A stretch of 48,028 nt of DNA from Octopus bimaculoides. Its lineage: Eukaryota. Both the position numbers and the translations under genes were made by a program. This document shows positions 33,765-46,257 of the stretch, in pieces (within the stretch, counting starts at the first letter, position 1; each line of letters opens with the position of its first letter). A model generated the notes under the pieces. The model saw only the letters and a program-made list of their open reading frames with translations. It was not told the origin of the DNA and searched no databases. The DNA lies in the NCBI RefSeq assembly GCF_001194135.2, contig NC_069003.1, positions 2,842,289 through 2,890,316 on the forward strand. Reading direction: 5' to 3'.

Positions 33765-35221
33765 ATCTACTTTTTAGAATTTCAAAATATTTCATGTAAT
33801 TTTGGTAAATATATGTTTAATAAATCAATATAAAAGGACAACAGTAAACTGCAGGGATATATGATGTATAGATATATTAAATAAATATTTACAAATATAT
33901 TTTATCTGTTAGCAGAGAATCTCTGATTGCAGTAAGAAATTCAAACATGTGCTGCGTTGCCCAAATCCTTTAGTCGACAAAACGGAAAGGACCGTTAACA
34001 TGAGGCGCAATATCGTAATAATCACATCAGTAGTTGTTCCTCAGCATGGTCACATCTCTGGTCTGAAATTATATAAGAATGAAACCGTAATTTGCATGAC
34101 AAGAAATTAAACGTGTTTAGAGAGATATTTTAAACAGCTCAGAAACATAACAATTGAAAGGGATATTTCATTTAAGAACATTTTTTGTTTTATTCTGTAA
34201 TCAATAAAATACTTTTTTAAACTGCTTCTAAAAGCTATATAATGAAATGAAAACGATATGCTCTTGGCAGAAATACTTATGATCATAGTCTATTTTAACG
34301 AACAGAGGATTAACCTATGATAAACAACAAAGACCGTTAGAAATTGATTTCTTTTGGCAAAGCAAAACAGTCTTTCTTGACAAGTCTGTAGACATAGCTA
34401 ACCTTTACTGTATGCATGAAATTAAATACAGAAATGCGTATAATGGACATGTCAACTTCAACAGCATAACAACTACGTAGCTTTGAATGATCTCGTTTAC
34501 GCTTATACACGGTATAAATATGCACTCACAGTTTACATATATATAAGAAGGTATAACGATATACACACTGAGAGAAGACTTTTGACAAGACTCCTTACAT
34601 GCTAAAAAGGGCAGTTAAACAACCGAAACCACGGAAAAGGAATTCTTAAACCACGCTGCTAATAGGAACAAGAGTGAATAAAAAATTAATTAACCCTATA
34701 CTCGAGTTTTGCTATTAATGACCAAATAAATTAACTTGATACCTGTAGCTTATCAGTAGGGTCACTAAAGAATGCATAATTATGTATCTGTAATACGTAC
34801 CGAAAACACGAGACAAACACATGCACAATACAGCTCCATCTTTATACATTATGGACTCAAAATTATCATCTAAGTCTTGTCAAGGGTCTTATCTCCATGT
34901 ATAAAACTTTATACCCTCTTATATAAATTATTTTATGTCTTATGACAATCAATCAACAATATACACGAATTATTCATAAAGGAGTCATAAATTAGGCTAT
35001 CACCTTGCTAGAGAGCCTAAGTTACATATATGTGGTTATTGACTGTGCGTCATGAAATCTACAACGTTTTGTAGTCCAGAAAACTGTAAATTGCAAGAAT
35101 TGAAATGGATTCAGATTTTAATGCCACATTGTGGATTATATAAAATATAATTCCAATTCATGGGTGAACAGTTGATTATCCTTAAAACGCTAATCTATCG
35201 TTCTTCCGATCTTTAAAAACG

Positions 35222-35252
35222 CTATCTATCTATCTGTCTATCTATCTATCTG

Positions 35253-35318
<66 letters not shown>

Positions 35319-35325
35319 GATCGAT
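35222..35325. repeat. (TCTA)n microsatellite
   Basis: Read directly. Confidence 0.95.
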
Positions 35326-35887
35326 CTAACTCTCTCCTTCTCACTACCTATCTTTATTATATATGCATGTTTGTGAAACATTGATTTCAAGTATTATCAG
35401 ATACAGAACTCAATATAATTCGGAGATATAATTATAGATTTTCTTCTGTTTTTTCTTCTTTTTTTTCTTCTTTTTTTTTTTAATATATATATTCACAAGA
35501 ACTGCGCCAGTTACTAATGACAGAATTTACGTCTGGCAGATTGTATCAGTAAAGAGATAAGCCAATGGAAACGTAGTTTTATTGGTTTGATCGAAACATC
35601 AACCGTCTCCAACACCAACATATACATACATACTTACATATTTACATACAAGCATACATAGATAATTACACATATACATATACACATACGTATATACATA
35701 CATAATGCAAATATAGACGCTTACACACATATACGCATACTATATACGTGCACACATTAATATATCATGTATATATTTATTTATATGCACATATATACAC
35801 AAGCATACGTATAAGCATATACATGAAGACATAATGTTACATAATACGTTATATATATGTATATATATTTTTTAATACATATATATT

Positions 35888-35927
<40 letters not shown>

Positions 35928-36241
35928 NNNNNNNNNNNNNNNNNNNNNNNNNNNNNNNNNNNNNNNNNNNNNNNNNNNNNNNNNNNNNNNNNNNNNNNNN
36001 NNNNNNNNNNNNNNNNNNNNNNNNNNNNNNNNNNNNNNNNNNNNNNNNNNNNNNNNNNNNNNNNNNNNNNNNNNNNNNNNNNNNNNNNNNNNNNNNNNNN
36101 NNNNNNNNNNNNNNNNNNNNNNNNNNNNNNNNNNNNNNNNNNNNGGTGAAAAGAGAAATAAAGAAAGCATTTAACATTGTTTTTTAAAAAAAAAAACCTT
36201 TATATTTCGGATGCAAATGCCAGTCGTCAGAAGAGTTAATG

Positions 36242-36540
36242 GGTAAAATCCCTCGTCGGGCATGACTGACCATGGAATTGCACCAAGAAAGTTACCCTCC
36301 GAGCCACAAATCCGCGCAAGGTTGTTTATAGAGGACTAGCAGTCGCCCATACATACCAGCCTCTCATCTCGACGCCACTGATGTCAACCAAGGGAAAGGC
36401 AAAGGTGCCGAGACAGCTTGGCACCAGTGACGTCACAACTCATTTCTACAGCTGAGTGAATTGGAGCAACGGTCTCAGAATGGAACTCACTACCTCCTGA
36501 TTGTGAGCTCGATGATCAAACCACTGAGCCATACACCTTC
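36242..36540 (-). mobile_element. tRNA-derived SINE family D (C1-like head and CORE remnant, distinct 3' body)
   Basis: Reverse complement: A box TGGCTCAGTGG, degenerate B box GAGTTCCATTC, then GTTGCTCCAATTCACTCAGCTG..AAATGAGT; the 3' part is unlike C1/C2. Confidence 0.8.
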
Positions 36541-37004
36541 AAAAGGGTGCTCTTAACGAAATATGTGTTCCTATTGATTTTATTACTGTAGACAGATCGG
36601 TGTATGAGTTTGCAGCAGCAGCAGCAAACCACCAACAGTTGGTGCAAATGACTGCCCAGTTGTTACCGGTAGCAACTGGATGATGCCAATGATGTCATGG
36701 TGGTGACAGTGCTGGTAGTGGTGGTAGCTGTTGTAGATGTTGGGGTTCGTCTGTGGACTGTGAAAATCGGCTGAAGAAATTGTTGCAATTTTAAATACGA
36801 TTTTACATTTGCTTTCGTTGAGAGTGACTTCGAAATTCTACCAGTCACGAGCTTCATGGACCAGCCGATAGTTTTGTCTGTAGTCAATCACCGCAATCTA
36901 AACATCACTGCTGTGGAAACAGCGTAACACACATACGCATACACATACGCACACACACGCACACACACACAAATACACACACACATATATATATATTTAT
37001 ATAC

Positions 37005-37209
37005 GTTTCAAATTTTGTCAAAATGCCAGCAATTTCGGGGGAAGAGGGCGAACCCATTACTTCGACTCCACTACTGAATTGGTACTCATTTTATCGACCC
37101 CGAAGGAATGAAATGTTAAGCCGATCTCGGTGGAATTTGAACTCAGAGCGTAATGACGAAAGAAATGCCGTTGAGCCTTTCTCCCGCGGCAGTGATAACT
37201 CTGCCAGCT
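37005..37209 (-). mobile_element. SINE family B (tail type 2)
   Basis: GTTTCAAATTTTGTCAAAATGCCAGCAATTTC..TTTATCGACCCCGAAGGAATG..GGAATTTGAACTCAGAGCGT..CTGCCAGCT. Confidence 0.9.
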
Positions 37210-37920
37210 TTTCTGCTTTGCACACACATACCTACGTACATATATTTATATATGATTAGCACCAAAAGAAAGAACGGTGCTGAATACAGAGCATAAATAA
37301 TTTTAAGCAAGAGATAACATTTGATGGCATGGCTAACAGTCAAAATCATTCACGGTAAATTTAAGACAATATCCAAGCACAACCGGTTTGTTTGCTTTAA
37401 CCTGTTCAGATGAAACATTTACAGCCATTTAAATCAAGATACAATTCAACATAATATGAAGGCAAGAGGGATTCTTTCAGAAACCTATGATTTTGACTTG
37501 GCTTCCAATTATTGGCGAAATTGATTTTCGAAATTCTAAGCTCGATGTGTTCAACCAGTATTAGAGATGATATTGAGGGATTTTAGAATGTGTTACTACT
37601 CAACCAAATCCTTAATAAACTATTTCTTAATATCCAAATTATTCTGCTGATTATTCTAATGATATTCAAGGTATAAACTAGAAAGTTGACGCTTATCTTT
37701 AATGTTCTAATTTGTCAATGCAATTAATCGTCTTATTTCGTACCGTCTTGTTGATTTTTGCACTATAGCGATTTATTCTGATAGCAATGCGCTAGTATTA
37801 ACTTAACCAACATTTAGTTTATCACCTTTAGTAGCTCAGCTGTATTTTGTTAATCGGTATTTCACCTAGTTATACCTAAATGCACACACGCACACAAACA
37901 CATGTATGTATACACATATA

Positions 37921-38307
37921 TTGTTGTTGTTGGCACTCCGTCGCTTATGACGTCCAGGGTTCCAGTTGATCCAATCAACGGAACAGCCTGCTCGTGAAAT
38001 TAACGTGCAAGTGGCTGAGCACTCCACAGATACGTGTACCCTTAACGTAGTTCTGGGGGATATTCAGCGTGACACAGAGTGTGACAAGGCTGAACCTTTG
38101 AATTAGAGGCACAACAGAAACAGGAAGTAAGAGTTAGAGAAAGCTGTGGTGAAAGAGTACAGCAGGGTTCGCCACCATCCCCTACCGGAGCCTCGTTGAG
38201 ATTTAGGTGTTTTCGCTCAATAAACACTCAGAGTGCCCGGTCAGGGAATCGAAACCGCGATCCTATGACCGCGTGTCCGCTGCCGTAACCACTGGGCCAT
38301 TGCGCCT

Positions 38308-38309
<2 letters not shown>
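37921..38309 (-). mobile_element. Full-length tRNA-derived SINE family C2, relatively young, (AAC)n tail
   Basis: Reverse-complement head GGAGGCGCAATGGCCCAGTGGTT..GGTTTCGATTCC (A and B boxes). 3' domain shared with C1; tail GGAGTGCCAACAACAACAA. Confidence 0.93.
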
Positions 38310-38356
<47 letters not shown>

Positions 38357-39188
38357 TTAACATGTATTACACTCGTTTGAATATACACATGTCATAAATA
38401 TTTGTGCTTCTGTCATATATTCGTACAACGGCCATAAATGTGCTTCTTTAGCTCATTTGATTGATACCATGTTTTTAATTGTGAACGATCTTGCTTAACT
38501 TCTCAAATACCACGAAACAGGTGACCGTGTGGAAAATGACAGTACCCCGGGTGGGCCATATGAAGGAAGCTCATGAGAGAACACTCGCCAGATACAGACA
38601 GCCAGACAGACAGACATACATACGTACATGTATATATAAATATATACACAGACACACATATATATAGATATATATACATTCATTCATACATATATCTATA
38701 TCTATATGTATATATATACATATATACATACGCATACATATATATATAATCATACATGCATTCATACATACATACACACGTGCAGACATATATATACATG
38801 TGGGTACATATATTCACATTCCTGTGTATGTCTGAGCATGTATATACCTGTGTATAGATCGACATAAGCATTTATTCAATAATGTACTCATATGTGTGTG
38901 TGTGTGTGTATGCTTCTGTGAGAGTGCTTTAGGGTGGGCGTGTGTTGGCATGTGTGTACATTTAGGTGTTTGTTTCAAATTGAAATACCGACTGCGCAGT
39001 AGTTTTTATCTTTTATATCAAAGTTTTCGTCAAGTTTGGATATTTTGTTGAAATAAAAAAAAAAAAGCTTGATAAAAACGATATAGCGAGAAAACAGTCC
39101 TGTTTTCAATATACCTGAAATGGAATACCGACAGAGAGAGAGAGAGGGGGGGACAAAGGGAACGAGAGAAAAAAAAAGAAGAAAGGGC

Positions 39189-39191
<3 letters not shown>

Positions 39192-39245
<54 letters not shown>
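39192..39245. repeat. (GA)n microsatellite running into a gap
   Basis: Read directly. Confidence 0.95.
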
Positions 39246-40135
39246 NNNNNNNNNNNNNNNNNNNNNNNNNNNNNNNNNNNNNNNNNNNNNNNNNNNNNNN
39301 NNNNNNNNNNNNNNNNNNNNNNNNNNNNNNNNNNNNNNNNNNNNNNNNNNNNNNNNNNNNNNNNNNNNNNNNNNNNNNNNNNNNNNNNNNNNNNNNNNNN
39401 NNNNNNNNNNNNNNNNNNNNNNNNNNNNNNNNNNNNNNNNNNNNNNNNNNNNNNNNNNNNNNNNNNNNNNNNNNNNNNNNNNNNNNNNNNNNNNNNNNNN
39501 NNNNNNNNNNNNNNNNNNNNNNNNNNNNNNNNNNNNNNNNNNNNNNNNNNNNNNNNNNNNNNNNNNNNNNNNNNNNNNNNNNNNNNNNNNNNNNNNNNNN
39601 NNNNNNNNNNNNNNNNNNNNNNNNNNNNNNNNNNNNNNNNNNNNNNNNNNNNNNNNNNNNNNNNNNNNNNNNNNNNNNNNNNNNNNNNNNNNNNNNNNNN
39701 NNNNNNNNNNNNNNNNNNNNNNNNNNNNNNNNNNNNNNNNNNNNNNNNNNNNNNNNNNNNNNNNNNNNNNNNNNNNNNNNNNNNNNNNNNNNNNNNNNNN
39801 NNNNNNNNNNNNNNNNNNNNNNNNNNNNNNNNNNNNNNNNNNNNNNNNNNNNNNNNNNNNNNNNNNNNNNNNNNNNNNNNNNNNNNNNNNNNNNNNNNNN
39901 NNNNNNNNNNNNNNNNNNNNNNNNNNNNNNNNNNNNNNNNNNNNNNNNNNNNNNNNNNNNNNNNNNNNNNNNNNNNNNNNNNNNNNNNNNNNNNNNNNNN
40001 NNNNNNNNNNNNNNNNNNNATATACATACATGATTTATATATATGGATATATATGTAGGCATCTATCTTTCTGTTTGTCTTTCTGTCTGTCTGTTTATCT
40101 ATGTATTTCTCTATCTCTCTATCTCTCTATCTATA

Positions 40136-40175
<40 letters not shown>

Positions 40176-40244
40176 GGTCTGTCTGTCTATCTATCTATCT
40201 ATCTATCTATCTCTACCTATCTGTCTACACACAAACGCGCGCGC

Positions 40245-40278
<34 letters not shown>

Positions 40279-40631
40279 ATTCGCACCAACACAGATTCAT
40301 GTACACACAGCGACACAGAACTTGCATAGATATATATCTGTTTGTATTATGTATGCGTATTTATTTGTTCTTGTGCGTGTTTGCAACGAATTCGTGTCCT
40401 ACTCATTATATCAGAAGTACTTAGAAATGTCAAGTTTATGAATGAAGCGACACTCGTAAACCCATCTTAGCCTGTCTTCTTCCTTGCAAAAGCTGACGTT
40501 CTAAAGTGTATTGGCTTCAGGGAGAACGCTATTGAACATCACATCTCTAAGTGCGTAGACTTTCTTAAACAGATGTAGGCATGTGTGCGCATGCGTGTGT
40601 TTGCAAATATACATACATACAAACGCTCATT

Positions 40632-40665
<34 letters not shown>

Positions 40666-41876
40666 TAAATATATATATATATATATCATAAGTATACAAT
40701 CATAAGTATATGGCGCTTAGTGTAATGCAAAATATCTTCTCCAACGAAACTCAGTGAATGGAATCAAATTCTATAGAAATCTCGCAGTCTATGTATCGTA
40801 AGCATACGCAATAAATCCGGTTTGTAGTATATAGACGTATATGCATACATGCACGTACGTACATGCGTATGTACTTATGTATGTATGTATGTATGCATGC
40901 TTTATTTCATGTATGTAAATGTATGTTTCTGCGAATGTATGCATGATTGATTTATTTAGTTTTATTTTGAAAATTTAGTGTCAATAGAGAAGGAGCTAGT
41001 TTGTCTTCAATGAAGAAGGTCCTTATAAAAATTTCGACATCAAATAGTCGGTCGTGTATTTCTGTATAAGCATTATTTGTACGTATGTATGTATGTATGT
41101 ATGTATGTATGTATGTATGTATGTATGTATGTGTGTGTGTGTGTGTATGAACGTATGTATTTTTCTATGTGTGCGTATATGTGTACGGATGTATCATCTT
41201 GTTTCAACTTTGAAAATTTATCCTCAGTACAGAGAGATGTTGCTTCTCTCTTTTGAAAAAGTCCCATATAGAATTTGGGCAACATCACTTACATGTTTCT
41301 TCAGGTGTTTTTGTATACATATGTATATTTATACATGTATACATGCATATATGTATACATTCATGTAAGTGTTTATGCGTCTGAGCACATGCCGTTGTTT
41401 GTACCAATTTGTGTTCTAAGGCCTGCGCGTGCGTACATTCATATATACGACTACACTTGGGTATATAAATTTATTAGAGGTGAATGTTCCGATAAGATTT
41501 GCATCTTTTCTTAATATCTTCTAATATTTTCCAAATGTAATCTTGTAATTGTCTGATCGCGTTTCCGATTTTCTGAAACCTGTCTTGCAAAGTTTGGTGC
41601 TAAATCAATTAGTAACGTCGTAAAACCTCTCAGGATTTAGAGGTATAAATCCTATGCCTGGACAAATTAAAAGTTGTCCTCATTATGCCTGGACAACTGA
41701 TTTTCGCAAAAGTGTAGACTTTATTTTCCTCTCTTGCATGATCATTATTCCTAGGACTGCTTTGTCATCATTGCATTTCATATTCCACGTATATATATAT
41801 ATGTTTTATAATTAATTATATCCAAAATGCTGTATTTTACTATGGTCCATTGTAGATGATATTCTATTGTAGCAAC

Positions 41877-42012
41877 GAGCGGCTTCTGAAGGGTTCCTGG
41901 CTCTAAGAGCGTCGCGAAAGGCCTGGCTGGAGGGCCAACTTTCCCAGTTCTTTTACAGGGCTTAGAAAAACTGAAGGACCACTACAATAAGCATGAGAAT
42001 TTAAGAGGGAAT
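41877..42012 (+). mobile_element. Mariner-like transposase C-terminal relic
   Basis: Frameshifted KAWLEGQLSQFF / LQGLEKLKDHYNKHENLRG fits the mariner ending WL..Q...FF..GI.KL..RW.KC....G. No catalytic residues are preserved. Confidence 0.6.
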
Positions 42013-42443
42013 AGGAACGACCTATCAGAGGTTTCCACTGTGCTGGCATAGATCTCGGGGTCATTCAGACACACCAATCTCCACATCACAAGAAGGATCA
42101 AATTGATCACAGGACGTTAGATCGTATATAGACTCTCTCATTCATCGACTGTTACTTCTGTTATAGTAGGAGTCAGTTTTGTTAATTTTATCTTTTATCG
42201 TTTACATACTTTTTTATTGTACAAAGAAATATACATACATACAACCATAAAAACTCACATCCTAAGACATACACAACATACACGCACACACACACACACA
42301 CAGAAACACACATACACACATTCACACACGCACGCACAAACAATAAACATATTTTCATAATTATATGTTCAATGTACAGTTTTGCATAAAAATACACGCA
42401 CATAAATACAGATCCGCACTCATAAAACGATGCAGACACAATC

Positions 42444-42550
42444 ATTCGCTAAATAAATAAATAAATAAATAAATAAGTTCGCTAAGTAAATAATAAATAA
42501 ATAAATAAATAAATTCGCTCAGTAAATAAATAAATAAATAAATTTAAGTA
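42444..42550. repeat. (TAAA)n array punctuated by TTCGCT units
   Basis: ATTCGCTAAA.., GTTCGCTAAGT.., ATTCGCTCAGT.., each followed by TAAA runs; period about 35 bp. Confidence 0.85.
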
Positions 42551-42732
42551 GGATAATAAGGAGAAAAGAAACACAATAAATGAAGAAGAGATCGTGAAAC
42601 ACCGAAAAAAGAAATATAATAAAATGGAATGTACAAAATGGTTTATCAGATGACTTCCGTTAATTTAGCGATCAACTGATGTGATAAAGAGATTATACAA
42701 CCCGTTATATACACATGCGCACGCGTTACACA

Positions 42733-42782
<50 letters not shown>

Positions 42783-42893
42783 TACATGTACGGATGTGAA
42801 TAGATAGAGAGTTATAGGTACAAATATATAATAGGTTGACGATATACATACATACACACAAACATACATATACATAAATATACATATACACAC

Positions 42894-42938
<45 letters not shown>

Positions 42939-42959
42939 CACACGTACACATATATTGAC

Positions 42960-43215
<256 letters not shown>

Positions 43216-43950
43216 ATCTGACATCACCAAACATTTGAACCTTCTTCTTTAATAGCTAATACATTTGTTTGCTTGTCTTCCATGACAAGGTTTCCGTACG
43301 TTTTGCCCTTCCGAATCCTTTACCGGAAATGTTATACGAATTCTTCGAATACATCAAACTTATAATGTATATTCCCGAACAAGTTTATATCTGAAGTAGG
43401 CGTACATTCATTACTGTTTTTTGAAAACGGTTTTTGAAGCCATCAACCAAATCTGTAAGCATTTTAACTGAAGAACGTAATACATTACGGACGTCAATCT
43501 TGAAGTTACACTGAAGTAATCTGTTAATTGTCACAACAAAGAACTTCTATACTGCTAGAGAATTGGCCTCTGTAGACGTAAACTGAAGTGAAATGACAAT
43601 TAGACGTATGAGATAACATTTCTTATTAATAATGTAAGTAATAATCTATCCAAGATTTTATTACTAACACCTAAGCGGCTTACACTCAAAGTACTTAGAT
43701 TTTATGAAAACAACACCAGCGTATACTTTGGTAATACTTTTATAAATGGGTGACTTCTAGTTATTTGTTTAGACTTACTCAAGTTATAAAGATATTCATG
43801 AGTTTGCATATAAGACTTCTAAATCCGTGACAATGGTGCAGAAATTCTGGTAAATAATTTAGAAAAAAAACTAAATTTACCGGAATCGTGTTAGATTTTA
43901 GATTTGTTAAGTTCAGAGTTTAAGATTTTTCTTCATCTACTTTGCTACAT

Positions 43951-44125
43951 GGGCAGCATTATTGATGGCAAGGGACAGGTCGATTACATGGACCCAGTAC
44001 TTGACTGGTACTTAGTTCGTCGACCCTGAGGGGATAAAATGTAGAGGCGACATCAGTAGATTTTGAATTCAGAACATGAAAAGCGTTAATTATTTTGACC
44101 TAGGCGCTAACGATTCTGGCAGTTC
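43951..44125 (-). mobile_element. SINE family B, diverged
   Basis: GTCGATTACATGGACCCAGTACTTGACTGGTAC..TTTGAATTCAGAAC..GCTAACGATTCTGGCAGTTC. Confidence 0.8.
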
Positions 44126-44205
44126 AAAATTTAATAATTTATATTCTAATTTTGAATAAGGTCAGCAATATTGAAGAGAAGGGTCAATATTAATAAAAAA
44201 AGAAA

Positions 44206-44412
44206 GCGTTGAGCTGGTGGAATCGATTTTGCGCCGAGAAAAATTCTTAGTGGCATTTCGTCTGTCTCTACGTTCTGAGTTCTTATTCCGCCGAGGTGGA
44301 CTCTGCCTTTTATGGATAAAATGAGTAGCAGAGGAACACTGGGGCCGATATAATCGATTTACATACCTCCACGTAATTGGTGGTCTGGTGTCAAAATTTG
44401 AAACCAATATTA
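44206..44412 (+). mobile_element. SINE family B (tail type 2), diverged
   Basis: GAGCTGGTGGAATCG..ACGTTCTGAGTTC..CCGCCGAGG..GTGTCAAAATTTGAAACCAATATT. Confidence 0.85.
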
Positions 44413-44900
44413 AAGAAACACACGCATACGCACACGCAGACACGCGCATTACTACTAGAATTAACTAAGATGTCAGTTAACATATGAATAATTATTGATC
44501 ATTAATGAATATGAATCCCAAAGCTCAGGATGGCTTTTAACGGTAATTTATCAAATAGCACAAATTTCACACACAAACACACATATTCAACATCAATCTC
44601 GATTAATTCGTATCTCCTCTCCTTTCAACTTTATGGTTTTAGGCCATCCTACTAATTTGTCGACACTTTTAGTGAGAAACTTGAAGTTTTGATCGCTCCT
44701 CCGATAATTTAGCGCCTCTCACTTCAACTCTGCAACTAAACAATTTATAGACATAAGTTTTACATTTCCTCGTGCGGTTTTAGTATGACCTTAAAATTAG
44801 TCTACTTTCTATTCTTTTCTTTCTTCCTTCCTTCCTTCCTTCCTTCATTTCTATCTATTTTTCTCTCTGTATATGTATATACATTACACACACACGCACG

Positions 44901-44931
<31 letters not shown>

Positions 44932-45002
44932 GTATGTATGTATATATATGTGTATATATATATTTATGTATATGAATATATACATTTATACAGAAATATA
45001 TG

Positions 45003-45088
<86 letters not shown>

Positions 45089-45248
45089 TTCATACACATA
45101 CTTATAATGTCTTCATATGTGTTTAAGTTAGTTAAGTATAAGAAGATGAGGAACAAAAATTTGTATTGTAATCACAAAAGATATTAGCAATGATAATAAT
45201 ATCCCATAATTCCCCCCATCGTTGTGCGTTGGTGTTAGCTTTCCTTAC

Positions 45249-45312
45249 CTTTTATTCCTTTCCGTTTTTCTATTACTTGTCGTTTGCTTCGCAAATCTAT
45301 GTCTTCTGCCAT
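45249..45312 (-). CDS. Candidate first coding exon MAEDIDLRSKRQVIEKRKGIK(G), unknown protein
   Basis: Kozak-like CAAAATGGCA start, 21 open codons plus 1 nt, donor AAG|GTAAGG. Confidence 0.3.
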
Positions 45313-46008
45313 TTTGAATTTCCTTCGAATCCTCTTTGATGTCGGGAAATATTGATATAGTTGCCTCCATGAATCAATCACATATAGACACAAAATATAA
45401 AATATCAAATAAAATAATAATGAAAAAAAATATCAAATATAATAAATAAATAAATTCCAATATTTCCACTATAATCAATTATTTATATCAGCTAATCAAT
45501 GTTCAAACGAGTTTTACTAACAAATGAAGATAATGTTTTTAGGAAAGGTTTCGTTTTATCGCTTACTGATAGATTAGTTTATGTATTTTAGTCTTTTGAA
45601 ATTCTAATAATATTGATCAATTTAATTGTATTTTATAGCTGTTATTGTTGTTGNNNNNNNNNNTATATATATATATATATATATATAAAGTCGGTGCTAA
45701 TGTCTTGCTTTTGAGGTGTAACAGATAAGCATACATAAGTATATGCGTAAGACACTTTAAATGTGTCCGCTTCTTAGTGTAATTTATATATCTCCCACTG
45801 TCTGTCTGTCTGTCTGTTTCTCTTTCCCTCCCCACCTCTCTCTCTCTCTCTCTCTCACTATATATATGTATATATATGTATGTATGTGCATTTCCTCGCA
45901 TGTGTGCGTGCAATTGTGCGTATCTCTGTGCGTATGATGTGTACATATGCGTGGATGTGTGTGTGTGGGTGTGTGTTGTTGTCCTTTTGTTTTTGTACAT
46001 GTGCGTGA

Positions 46009-46012
<4 letters not shown>

Positions 46013-46082
<70 letters not shown>
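46013..46082. repeat. (TG)n microsatellite
   Basis: Read directly. Confidence 0.97.
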
Positions 46083-46083
<1 letters not shown>

Positions 46084-46098
46084 TTAGCGTGCCCTTAC

Positions 46099-46257
46099 GG
46101 ACTTATTTCTCTTTCTGTCTACCAAATCTGCGCACAAATCTTTGTTTGGCTCGAAGCTACAGTAGACGACATTTGCTCAAAGTCCCAAGCAGTGGGACTG
46201 AACCCTAAACACTGTTGTTGTGAAACATGCCTCTTACCACTCAACCACTCGTGCTCC
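46099..46257 (-). mobile_element. SINE family A 5' half, diverged
   Basis: TTTCTGTCTACCAAATCTG..GCAGTGGGACTGAACCC..CTTACCACTCAACCACTCGTGCTCC. Confidence 0.85.

Noticed and set aside
38235-38309. tRNA-like sequence with A and B boxes (also 36480-36540, 21335-21396)
   Set aside because: No complete cloverleaf or acceptor stem, and each continues into a SINE body; these are SINE heads.
40471-40577. Open stretch PVFFLAKADVLKCIGFRENAIEHHISKCVDFLKQM*
   Set aside because: Only 35 codons with a weak acceptor; could be chance or a LINE remnant.
41652-41697. 13-bp direct repeat TATGCCTGGACAA x2
   Set aside because: Only two units, so not a CRISPR or satellite; probably a local duplication or transposon subterminal repeat.
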